Virus record (IMG/VR): IMGVR_UViG_3300042923_000474
Span: 62,001-126,000 of that record
Length of the DNA: 64,000 bases
Direction: 5' to 3' (one strand)
Each line of letters opens with the position of its first letter. The first letter of the stretch is position 1. Below, in pieces: positions 36,944 to 45,646 of the stretch. The notes under the pieces were generated by a model that searched no databases, was not told where the DNA came from, and saw only the letters and a program-made list of their open reading frames with translations. A program made the translations under genes and the position numbers.

Positions 36944-37774
36944 TTACTTCTGCTCAGCCTGATCTTTCTTGGCCTGCTCTTCAGCAGCCAGATCTTCAGC
37001 CGACTTTTCTACAGGCGCCGGAGCGTCGGTATTTGGTTTGTCGGTATTGACCTGTTCCAGGCCGGCAGCAGAGCTGGCAGCAGGTGGAACCTGTTCAGGG
37101 TTTGGCGCAGAGGGCAGATCGTTGCTTGCAGGCACAGCGCCTTCAAGTACGGTCTTTTCTTCTGGCAGTTTCATGTCGGTTGGAGCAGAGCCAGTTTGTG
37201 CTTCAGCGGCCACTTCCGAAGTGGTCACAACCACTGCAGAGTCAGGCTGCCCTTCAACTGGTGCTGCACCCGCTTGACGACCAGCGTCAGAGATGGTCAG
37301 ACCGTTGTCAGCCGACGGAGCGACGTATTCAACGCCGTTCTGTTCGTTCAGAGAGGCATTGCCCTCGTGCAGAACATTGTCGACCACAGGGGCTTGCAGG
37401 TCTTCACCAGCGCCATTGCGGTGACTGCCCGGAGCCCAGGTGCCCACCACTTCGCTTTCGTGCAGGACGTTGGCTTTACGCTCGCCTTGGCTACCGTCAG
37501 AGACGGACACTGCCAGAAGGGCCAGACGCGGGTGGTGGTTGGTGGCCAACTGGTTGAATCGACGGACGAAGGTCGACGTTTCCAGATGTTCCTTGTTGGC
37601 CTCGGCCACACCGACAACCTCATTGATGAGGACGCCAACTTTCGACTTGATGACATCGGTCGAAGGTTCCGGGGTGTTGTCGCGTTTCGGTTCAGTTGCC
37701 TGAGCCTTCACTTGAGCGTCTGCAGCTTGGGTGCGCTGCTGCTCTTGCTGGCGACGTTGGTTCTTCTTGGACAT
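36944..37774 (-). CDS. Acidic, largely disordered hypothetical protein (276 aa)
   Basis: GGAG RBS; Ala/Glu/Pro/Gln-rich. Confidence 0.7.
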   Translation of the reverse strand: MSKKNQRRQQEQQRTQAADAQVKAQATEPKRDNTPEPSTDVIKSKVGVLINEVVGVAEANKEHLETSTFVRRFNQLATNHHPRLALLAVSVSDGSQGERKANVLHESEVVGTWAPGSHRNGAGEDLQAPVVDNVLHEGNASLNEQNGVEYVAPSADNGLTISDAGRQAGAAPVEGQPDSAVVVTTSEVAAEAQTGSAPTDMKLPEEKTVLEGAVPASNDLPSAPNPEQVPPAASSAAGLEQVNTDKPNTDAPAPVEKSAEDLAAEEQAKKDQAEQK

Positions 37775-37827
37775 GTGATTTCTCCATGTTTCAGTTGAAT
37801 GTGGAGTGGGGTCCCCACATAAGAATG

Positions 37828-38121
37828 TCAGGAGTGCAGGATTTCCAGCACGTGATCCACCAGATCCTGGCCCTCTTTCAGCTCAGGTGTCATGGGGTAC
37901 AAATTCTCAGCCTTGGTACGGTTCAGGCGGAACTGCTTGAACACAGGAGGACCCTCGCCGTACCACTGACCTTTATCGGCTACCATGACCGAGTAGCGTC
38001 CTTGCTTGGCGCCGAGGTGATGTACACGCTTATCACCGATCATGACTTTGTTGGCGTTGAAGAAGCAAAGACGCAGGTGGTCTGTGGGTACCGAAGTACC
38101 CATCACGTTAAGCCCACTCAT
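37828..38121 (-). CDS. Hypothetical protein (97 aa)
   Basis: Start moved to ATG 38121, TAATG overlap with the upstream stop. Confidence 0.6.
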   Translation of the reverse strand: MSGLNVMGTSVPTDHLRLCFFNANKVMIGDKRVHHLGAKQGRYSVMVADKGQWYGEGPPVFKQFRLNRTKAENLYPMTPELKEGQDLVDHVLEILHS

Positions 38122-38411
38122 TACGAAATCTCGACGTCGGCCAGTTTCAGGAAGCGGTGGTACCAGTACGACCAGTTGTGACGGCATTCCAGACGAATGG
38201 CTTCACGCTGCTCTTCGGTAACATCCGGGCTGAAGGGGTCCAGCTCTTTCAGGGCAGGGTTGACGTAGTACAGGCCTTCCGGTACCTGGATGAGTTTAGA
38301 AGCAGCTGCACGCTGCTCCTGAGTCATCTCCTCGTAACGGCGAGCCAACTTGATGCTCTCATCGTTTTCGAGGAAGGTGGCGTCAAACTTAAATTCACTA
38401 TCGGTATTCAT
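38121..38411 (-). CDS. Stand-alone 96-aa protein resembling the N-terminus of phiKZ-like large terminase
   Basis: NDESIKLARRYEEM...NPALKELDPFSPDVTEEQREAIRLECRHNWSYW; TAATG-coupled to SbcC. Confidence 0.65.
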   Translation of the reverse strand: MNTDSEFKFDATFLENDESIKLARRYEEMTQEQRAAASKLIQVPEGLYYVNPALKELDPFSPDVTEEQREAIRLECRHNWSYWYHRFLKLADVEIS

Positions 38412-40891
38412 TAACTAATCTCCACATGCAGATTGGCGTCGGCTGGACGCGTGATATTTCGGTCATCCAATACCACGAACTCGGCTTGGTTAAATGAACC
38501 ATAGACCGACGAATAGTGACTGACCATGAACAACTGACTGAACCGACCCTGCTCCATCAGCGACTGAATGTAATTGACCAGACGCTCGCGGTGCTCATCG
38601 TCAAAGTCCTTACCGAACTCATCGGCCAGCAATGGGAAGTCGTGTAAACCTGTCAACTCCATCACCACCAACTTGAACACCCAGTCAATCATCGAGACCT
38701 GACCGGTAGACCCATCGGCAATATCGCCATCGGGGTTCGGTTGGTTGTTGACAATGATCGGGAGTTTCACGTTGAGGGTAGCGCCTTCCTCCAAGACCGC
38801 ATCAATCTCCATCGGGTACGTCCACACCATCGCAATGTGTTCGTTGATCATCCCAGTGAAGTGACGAATGAAGTTCTTGGTGATGTCTGCCACAATGCCA
38901 TGAGTAGGTGACAGGGCGCGAGCCAGTAACTTGTACGACGTGAAGCGAGACTCCACATCAATCAGCTCACTGCGAGAGTTCTCGTAACGGGCTTGTAGGT
39001 CACGGTAACGCTGGGTGGATTGGTGCAGGGTAGCCAGACGGGTCATCACCTTGCCACGCACCTGATCCAGATGCTCATCACGCAGTGCATCTTCCACTTG
39101 CTTACGCAGGGAGTTGAACGATTCAATGGCGTTGGACATCTCCATCATCAGAGTATCCAACTTCTCCAAGTGATAGAGTTCCTCACTGAGTTGGGCCATT
39201 GCGATCGTTGCCTGGTTCACCGCCTCGTACTTGTCGTGCAGCTCACCTTCGAGCAGGTCAGCACGCTGCAGCAGGAACTTAGGATCACCACTGTTCTTGA
39301 TCAGCTCCAGACGCGATGTGAGGTCCTTTAGCTCTGCAGTGATACGCTTGGCGTAAGCAGTGTCCAAAAGCTTTCTAATCGTGTCTGAGAGCGCCACAGA
39401 GATCATGGCAGGGTTAGTGCGTACATAACCTCGTTCACTCACCATCTCCCAGAAAGCAGACAACACTTTGGAGCCTTCACGAATACGAGCCAACTCACCG
39501 AGCTTACGGCTGTAGTCATCAAAGTCTGAGATGTGGACAGACAACTCCTCCATCTCCCGCTGAGCCTGCTCCACCTTTTGACGACGACTGTCCAACCGCG
39601 CCTGAGTTTGCTCAACCAACCCAGCAGGCCAGCCCGGCTTGAAGGTGTGTTCACACTTAGGGCAGTTGGTATCAGCGGTGTGGGTCGCATGTTCCAGCGT
39701 CGCCTCCATCTTGGAGATGACGTTGTTGGATTCAATGCACCACTGACTGAGTTTGGTGTAGCGCTCCATCCTTTCAGAGTGAGTACCACGAGCGTACAGT
39801 CCTTCGGTGTTGGCAGGGATCGTGACGCACAGTTCAGTCAGTTGCTGCTGGATACCTTCCGCTACGGCCAGCAACGCTTCAGGAGACTCGCTACCGCATT
39901 CGTAGAGACTGCCTTGAGCTTGGATACCCGCCAGCTCTTCTTCGATCTGTGCAACGCGTGTAGTGAGCTGAGAAGGATCGTCCAAAGACTCACGACCTAC
40001 GTGACGGATCAGCGACTGGATACCTTCCAGTGCTTTCTCATGGGTGTCACACTCCCCACGGGTCTTCATCATCCGATCACGCAGCGAGGAGATCTCGCCA
40101 TCCACCTGCTCTTTGGTCTTGCCACCGTACTTGGAGTTGTCACGAATGACCGTCTCCGCCACGATGGTTTGAGAGCGCTGGTGAATGGTCTTGTACGCGT
40201 CCTGCATGCGCTTGATCAGACCACTGGAATCGGCTACCGACATTCGGCCATTCAAAGCGTGGTTGAGTTCAATGCCCAACTGCTTGAGTTGAGTGACCTC
40301 ATCATCCGTGTCCTTGAAGTCATCCTCCATAGAACGGATCTCATCGGACATGTCATGTGTCAGGTCCAGCAGGTACTTCATCGTACCCTGCATGTCACGG
40401 GCTTTGACACGAAACTGTTCGAACAGACCCAACACGTAATCAAAGTCAGTCCCTGAGATACGCATCATCCACTCACGGCGTTTGGAGGGACTCATCTGAG
40501 ACAGGCGTGCTCGTCCTGTCAGAATGTCACTCACCTCTTGGGTCAACCCCACGTAACGCTCTACCAACTCTTTCTGAGTGGCCTGAGTGTTGCCGTCGTT
40601 CAGCTGAACACCGTTCATGTTAAAGGTGTGGTGACCGGCCTTAACGTTATAGACGCTGATCAGGTTGAAGTTTGAATCGTTGTGTTCGAAGAAGTATTCG
40701 ACACCACCACCTTTGTGGAAACGGCTACCGTTAGGCACAAGGTTCAGAATCGCTTGTAGCAAAGAACTTTTACCTGCCCCGTTACTGCCCAGCACAATTT
40801 GTTCCTGTGACTGCGGCGTATATTCGAAGCGCCAAATACCCGCTAGGTCAAAAGACTTGTAGCCGGTTAGGATGATTTTGAGAAGACGCAT
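38411..40891 (-). CDS. sbcC: SbcC/Rad50-like SMC ATPase
   Basis: Walker A GSNGAGKS, coiled coils, central CPKC zinc hook, signature GSTGQ, Walker B LLADE, H-loop MVSH. Confidence 0.92.
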   Translation of the reverse strand: MRLLKIILTGYKSFDLAGIWRFEYTPQSQEQIVLGSNGAGKSSLLQAILNLVPNGSRFHKGGGVEYFFEHNDSNFNLISVYNVKAGHHTFNMNGVQLNDGNTQATQKELVERYVGLTQEVSDILTGRARLSQMSPSKRREWMMRISGTDFDYVLGLFEQFRVKARDMQGTMKYLLDLTHDMSDEIRSMEDDFKDTDDEVTQLKQLGIELNHALNGRMSVADSSGLIKRMQDAYKTIHQRSQTIVAETVIRDNSKYGGKTKEQVDGEISSLRDRMMKTRGECDTHEKALEGIQSLIRHVGRESLDDPSQLTTRVAQIEEELAGIQAQGSLYECGSESPEALLAVAEGIQQQLTELCVTIPANTEGLYARGTHSERMERYTKLSQWCIESNNVISKMEATLEHATHTADTNCPKCEHTFKPGWPAGLVEQTQARLDSRRQKVEQAQREMEELSVHISDFDDYSRKLGELARIREGSKVLSAFWEMVSERGYVRTNPAMISVALSDTIRKLLDTAYAKRITAELKDLTSRLELIKNSGDPKFLLQRADLLEGELHDKYEAVNQATIAMAQLSEELYHLEKLDTLMMEMSNAIESFNSLRKQVEDALRDEHLDQVRGKVMTRLATLHQSTQRYRDLQARYENSRSELIDVESRFTSYKLLARALSPTHGIVADITKNFIRHFTGMINEHIAMVWTYPMEIDAVLEEGATLNVKLPIIVNNQPNPDGDIADGSTGQVSMIDWVFKLVVMELTGLHDFPLLADEFGKDFDDEHRERLVNYIQSLMEQGRFSQLFMVSHYSSVYGSFNQAEFVVLDDRNITRPADANLHVEIS

Positions 40892-40956
40892 GGGTAGGCT
40901 TTCCGTATTCGTAGGCATTCGCTAATAAGTGCCCCCAATCTGTTAGGAGATACACG

Positions 40957-41823
40957 GTGGATAACTCCAAATACCGCCTCTACGCATTAGGCCATGCAGC
41001 CGAACGTAAAGTGGACTGTTACAACTGGGAACTGGAGTGCACCCCTACCGAACGGGTTCAGTATTCTGACGGTGCTTTGACCAACCGAGGGGAGGCCATT
41101 GAGACCGAAGGTACTGACGGGGGTGAGAAACAGTACGCCAGTAAAGAACTGGTGTCCGGTACCGTCAATGCCGAATGGCTCTGTCGTGAAGCCAACCGTT
41201 TGACCTGCCCCAACGTTGAAGCCGGTGAAGAACTCTTCATCTGGACGTACGAGAAGACCGGTAAGTTCTTCTGGGAGACCCGCAACAACGGCAAGGTATC
41301 CCGTCGAGAGGAAACCGTGTGCATTGGTGTAGCAGCAGACCCTGCTGGTAATGAGGGTACCCAGCGCTCTCAGGACAACAGTTACATCCTGGACATCTCA
41401 GCCCACAAGAAGATCGTGACCATCTCAACCTCTGACAAGAATGATGAGTTGGCTCGCTTCACGTTGCAGTTGAATGGTGGTGAGGGCTTTGCTTCGTTGC
41501 AGGACAGTGAAGGGCAAGAGGTCACACTCGACCCTACAAGCAACCGTATCTCAGTGATCAACGCTGAGGATGTAGAAGTGCATCTGCAAGGCAAGAACCT
41601 CACGGTCAATGTCCCAGCCGATGAAACCCACAACGTGCAAGGTAACTTCACCATCACGGTTAACGGTGCGGCCTACATCAAGGCAGAGACTGCCACGATT
41701 GAATCCACGCTGAACACTATCGTGGGTCCTACCAAGATCGATGGTCCGCTGGAGGTAACAGGGCCTAGCAAGTTGAATGGTGCAGATTCACCACTCCCCA
41801 TTACAGCCCCCAACATCAAGTGA
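40957..41823 (+). CDS. Baseplate central spike-like protein, phiKZ gp164-like
   Basis: Gp5/GpV-like layout ending in short beta-helix repeats (GNFTITVNG, GPTKIDGPLEVTG); next to SbcC. Confidence 0.6.
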   Translation: MDNSKYRLYALGHAAERKVDCYNWELECTPTERVQYSDGALTNRGEAIETEGTDGGEKQYASKELVSGTVNAEWLCREANRLTCPNVEAGEELFIWTYEKTGKFFWETRNNGKVSRREETVCIGVAADPAGNEGTQRSQDNSYILDISAHKKIVTISTSDKNDELARFTLQLNGGEGFASLQDSEGQEVTLDPTSNRISVINAEDVEVHLQGKNLTVNVPADETHNVQGNFTITVNGAAYIKAETATIESTLNTIVGPTKIDGPLEVTGPSKLNGADSPLPITAPNIK

Positions 41824-41825
41824 CG

Positions 41826-41869
41826 GCATAGCCTCCCTCTCCCTACGGGGAGAGGGAGTGCGCTTATGC
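41826..41869. terminator. Bidirectional hairpin terminator
   Basis: CTCCCTCTCCC-TACG-GGGAGAGGGAG flanked by GCATA and TATGC. Confidence 0.75.
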
Positions 41870-42568
41870 GCCGATGGACTTCAGCGTGCGGGACAGACGG
41901 CCCGAAGCGTTGAACAGGTGGTACAGAGCACCGATGCAGATACGGGTCCAGTTTTCGTACGGACGATCTTCACCGCGCAACAGTTGCAACAGTGGAACCG
42001 GCTTGTGCATGATCTGGTTCGGCTCGTTCGACACGATCTTGCTGCCGGCAGGCAACAGAGCGATGAACACTGCAGCGAAGTGAACCTGGCCGATGGCGTT
42101 GGAGTTGTCGTTGATCCAGCCGATGTGCTTGTAGGTCGGCTTGATGACGGTGCCGTCTTTGTCGGTGATGGTGATTTCTTCGCCGTCTTCGCGCTCTTGG
42201 CTGGCGAGCAGGGAGGCTACGAAGTCGGTGTACTCGTACTTGTCTTCGCGGTAGTCGGTCTTCTTGTCAACGTGGCCACCGTAGCCGATGGAGAAATCGC
42301 CATGTAGCAGTTCTTCACCCACGGTCTTGGCACGCTGGTACAGGCTGATCTCGTCGGCGACGATACTGGTCTCGTCTTCGATGACGTAGATGTTGTACGC
42401 AATCGCCTGAGCGTCTTTGGCCGCAGCTTTGAGTTCTTTGCGATCACCCCAGACGATGTGTCCACGGATCTCTTCAGCGAAACGGTTCAGCGGGATGGAG
42501 TTGCTGAAACCTTCTGGCAGGATTTGGTCAATGACCTGACGCGGTACAGCCAATACTACTTCGCCCAT
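41864..42568 (-). CDS. Nudix-family phosphoesterase (YmaB/COG4112-like)
   Basis: LYQRAKTVGEELLHGDFSIGYGGHVD, NSNAIGQVHFAAV, YENWTRI. Confidence 0.75.
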   Translation of the reverse strand: MGEVVLAVPRQVIDQILPEGFSNSIPLNRFAEEIRGHIVWGDRKELKAAAKDAQAIAYNIYVIEDETSIVADEISLYQRAKTVGEELLHGDFSIGYGGHVDKKTDYREDKYEYTDFVASLLASQEREDGEEITITDKDGTVIKPTYKHIGWINDNSNAIGQVHFAAVFIALLPAGSKIVSNEPNQIMHKPVPLLQLLRGEDRPYENWTRICIGALYHLFNASGRLSRTLKSIGA

Positions 42569-42659
42569 GGGGATAGTCCTTTTAATGGATTGAGGGAATT
42601 GCACAAACAATCCAACGAGCCTGTTCGGCATAAAGACCAGCCCGAAGGCTGGCCTCTAC

Positions 42660-43274
42660 TTACACAGGGATGCCGGCTTGGATAATCAACTGCTCGTAGC
42701 GCTGACGAATCGACTTCTCAGTGTTGAGTTGTCGTTGCAGATCTTCCACTTTGGCAAAGAACGTTTGACGGTTCTCGACAGCTGCCAAGCGGTTCGCTTC
42801 GAAAGACGCGGCCTGTTCAGGCGTCAGGATACCGGTCATGGGAGCGGTGTACATGGTGACAGTGATGTCAGTCAAACCTGTCAACGCTGTAAACAACTCC
42901 TTGACTTCTTCCTGCACGTAGGTCAAATCCAACGTATCAGGAATGACCCCCACATCCAGACCCATCACCATGCGACTGAAACCAGACGTCACGGTAGTCG
43001 GTGCAACCTTGATGTAGGTGGTCGGTACCAGAACGTCTGCGTAGTCATCAGACTTCAGCGTCACCAGCGAGGTGCCATTGACCCGGTCACTGTTGTACTG
43101 CTCAAGCGTCAGTCCGTAAGGCTTGTAGTAAGCCTCAAAGATGTTGATGCCCTCAGCCAACACTTTACCGAAGTCGTTGATGCCGTTACAGGTGTAGCTT
43201 ACATCGTCTTTGATCAACGTGCGGTACGGGTCGAGCAACTCCCATTTACCGCGTGCGTGCATGATCGGTGTCAT
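42660..43274 (-). CDS. Putative virion structural protein (204 aa)
   Basis: Co-transcribed with the 455-aa gene; C-terminal coiled coil. Confidence 0.6.
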   Translation of the reverse strand: MTPIMHARGKWELLDPYRTLIKDDVSYTCNGINDFGKVLAEGINIFEAYYKPYGLTLEQYNSDRVNGTSLVTLKSDDYADVLVPTTYIKVAPTTVTSGFSRMVMGLDVGVIPDTLDLTYVQEEVKELFTALTGLTDITVTMYTAPMTGILTPEQAASFEANRLAAVENRQTFFAKVEDLQRQLNTEKSIRQRYEQLIIQAGIPV

Positions 43275-43285
43275 GAACTAACCCC

Positions 43286-44653
43286 TCAGTCAGTAACAGG
43301 CACCATGGTGGAGCCTTGAGAAACTTGATACAGCTCCAACACAGAGGCACGGGACACAACGATCAAGCTGGTACGCTCAAAGGTAGCGGTCACGTAGAGA
43401 ACGCCTTCACGGATCAAACGCATGTAGCCACGCGGCACTGCCGAGATAGCGGTCATGGTTTCAGCGATTTCCAGCATCTTACTCAGCGCCATGGCGAACT
43501 TGATGGTCGAGTCGCTCATACGCTTGAAGTCGATGCCGGCAGTGGAGACTGCGATGTAGTCCTTGAAGCGGTCACCGATCTGGTTAACGCCGTCACGGTT
43601 ACGGTAGCCGCCGATCACCGACATCTGCACCGACTTGTAGGTCGACTGCATCGTGTTGATGTTCGCATTGATGTAGGCTTCCGTGTAGCCTGCACCGCGG
43701 ATGAACTTCTTTGCCATGACCAAACGCTGGGCATCGTTGTTGATCGGCGAGTACACACCACTGTTTACCGCGTCGTCTGGAATGGCGATGTGGTTGAAGG
43801 TGGGGATGAAGATGAACTCGGTGCTGCCGAAGATGTCGGGAAACAACTTCTGCCATTCGCTTTCCGGGTACTTGCTGTGCTCGATGATCCACTTGCCAAT
43901 GGCGTCACGGATGGCATCGATATTGCGCCCGGCTTCACCGTAGATCACGCAGGTCCACGGCACCACGATCTTGCGTTGAGCGTTGGTGGGGTCAACCCAT
44001 TCAAACTCAGTCGGCTCGATGATGGTGGGCAGTTTGTCACCGACGATCACATTGGCACGGCTGAACTGATCCATCAGGGTCATCTCTTCAGAGACGATCT
44101 TTTGAACAGTAGTCGCGTCATCGAAGAAGCGGTCGATGTCATCGATCGGACCTACCACCTTGATGGTGTACAGGTCGTACTCGTTGCGGAAGCTCTGGTC
44201 GCTGAACCAGATCTGTACCTGGAACGGACTGGTGGTGCTCGTGCCTTCAAAGATGATCGAGGATGGCAACCACAACGTACCGTCAGACACCATGGTGTTA
44301 ACGATGACGTTCTGTACCTGGCCCTGCCACTGCGACAAGATGAACTCTTTGACCGGGATTTCCTGGTCATCGAAGTCACCGGCCACCGAGCGGGTGAACA
44401 ACGTCTCCATCATGTCCAGAACCAGCGAGGACACACCAGGCGGTACGTCGGCATACACCGATTCAACAGAGGAGATCTCGTTCAGGGACGAGAAGGTAAT
44501 GAGGAGGCTGGAAGGACGGGTGGTGTCTTTGAAGATACCACGGTCGAGGGCAAACGACTCCGAATAAGGAGTTAACTCACCCAGCCGGTTTACTTCGTCC
44601 TTGCTGTTGTTACTGATGGGCGGAAAGGCGCCAAATGCCTTTAGACGATACAT
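43286..44653 (-). CDS. Putative virion structural protein (455 aa)
   Basis: GELTPYSESFA and FPDIFGSTEFIFIP blocks recalled from phiKZ-like virion proteins; GGAG RBS. Confidence 0.6.
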   Translation of the reverse strand: MYRLKAFGAFPPISNNSKDEVNRLGELTPYSESFALDRGIFKDTTRPSSLLITFSSLNEISSVESVYADVPPGVSSLVLDMMETLFTRSVAGDFDDQEIPVKEFILSQWQGQVQNVIVNTMVSDGTLWLPSSIIFEGTSTTSPFQVQIWFSDQSFRNEYDLYTIKVVGPIDDIDRFFDDATTVQKIVSEEMTLMDQFSRANVIVGDKLPTIIEPTEFEWVDPTNAQRKIVVPWTCVIYGEAGRNIDAIRDAIGKWIIEHSKYPESEWQKLFPDIFGSTEFIFIPTFNHIAIPDDAVNSGVYSPINNDAQRLVMAKKFIRGAGYTEAYINANINTMQSTYKSVQMSVIGGYRNRDGVNQIGDRFKDYIAVSTAGIDFKRMSDSTIKFAMALSKMLEIAETMTAISAVPRGYMRLIREGVLYVTATFERTSLIVVSRASVLELYQVSQGSTMVPVTD

Positions 44654-44714
44654 GCTCGCTCCTAAGATTCAACAGAACTACTTTATGATAGCCTTGTTGG
44701 ATGAGTACCCGAAA

Positions 44715-45149
44715 ATGACAGCACTAGCCCAGGCGATTCTACGCTTACTGCTGCCTCTTATCCGGGATTGGTGGAAGAAAAAGAACTGGTCGGCTCATAG
44801 CATCAAGAACCTGAAAGAGATCCACTACATCTTCTTTGGTGGACTCTTTCAATTTGCTTTGCTCTTGGTAGTTGTGGATCACGGCCTTGGTTTGTATATC
44901 GCGTACACGGATGTCGTCCATGACAACGCGATAGAATCCAGCCGGGTGGAGCACACAAAGCTTGAGAATACGCGATTGATCTCGCAGAACCAAACCTTGA
45001 CGGAACAAGTAGACGCTGCAAACAGACTCATCCGTCAACTTATCGAAAACAACCCAAGTCTTGCTCCCAAGAAGACTGTAACCAATAACCCCTCGGTACC
45101 CCTGAGTGACAAGCTCAACGGGTTGAAGAAAAAGTACGGTGAACCGTGA
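44715..45149 (+). CDS. Membrane protein with a C-terminal coiled coil (start uncertain)
   Basis: IFFGGLFQFALLLVVV hydrophobic helix; ATGA overlap with the next gene. Confidence 0.6.
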   Translation: MTALAQAILRLLLPLIRDWWKKKNWSAHSIKNLKEIHYIFFGGLFQFALLLVVVDHGLGLYIAYTDVVHDNAIESSRVEHTKLENTRLISQNQTLTEQVDAANRLIRQLIENNPSLAPKKTVTNNPSVPLSDKLNGLKKKYGEP

Positions 45150-45613
45150 TGCTTAAACGACTCACAAACGTGATCTTGGGGGTGCTGCTGGTGCTGTTAA
45201 TAGGTGGGGTCTTCTTGCTAACCACAAAGGTTAACAACCTGGCCAGCCTCCTTACCGCAACACCACCCGCCACCACCTCGACCAAGTCCCCCACCACCTC
45301 TCTGTCGATTGGTGAATGTTCTGGCTCGGGTTATTGCTTGCGCTTTAAGCATGAGGCTGAACTGGCTTTGCCGGCTGTGTCTTCAACAGGATGCGCGCCG
45401 TACAAGTTGCCAGAGATGCCTGCCCTGCCCAACGTGAAGGAACTGGACATCAGTGCCACGACTTCCTCGGAGCAGGCAAGCGATACCCTACTCAAATATG
45501 TCGAGAAAGTGTTGGATGCAGACAAAGCGAACCAAGCTCTGCTGCTCAAGCATTATCAAGACTATCTGGCGGGTTGCTCTGAAGCTGCCAAGCCTTCGAC
45601 TCCTACCAACTAG
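45146..45613 (+). CDS. Signal-anchored protein with a Cys-containing periplasmic domain
   Basis: N-terminal TM, Thr/Ser/Pro linker, four Cys. Confidence 0.65.
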   Translation: MMLKRLTNVILGVLLVLLIGGVFLLTTKVNNLASLLTATPPATTSTKSPTTSLSIGECSGSGYCLRFKHEAELALPAVSSTGCAPYKLPEMPALPNVKELDISATTSSEQASDTLLKYVEKVLDADKANQALLLKHYQDYLAGCSEAAKPSTPTN

Positions 45614-45646
45614 CGGTATCTGGTAGCCGAGTATAAGGACAGCATC

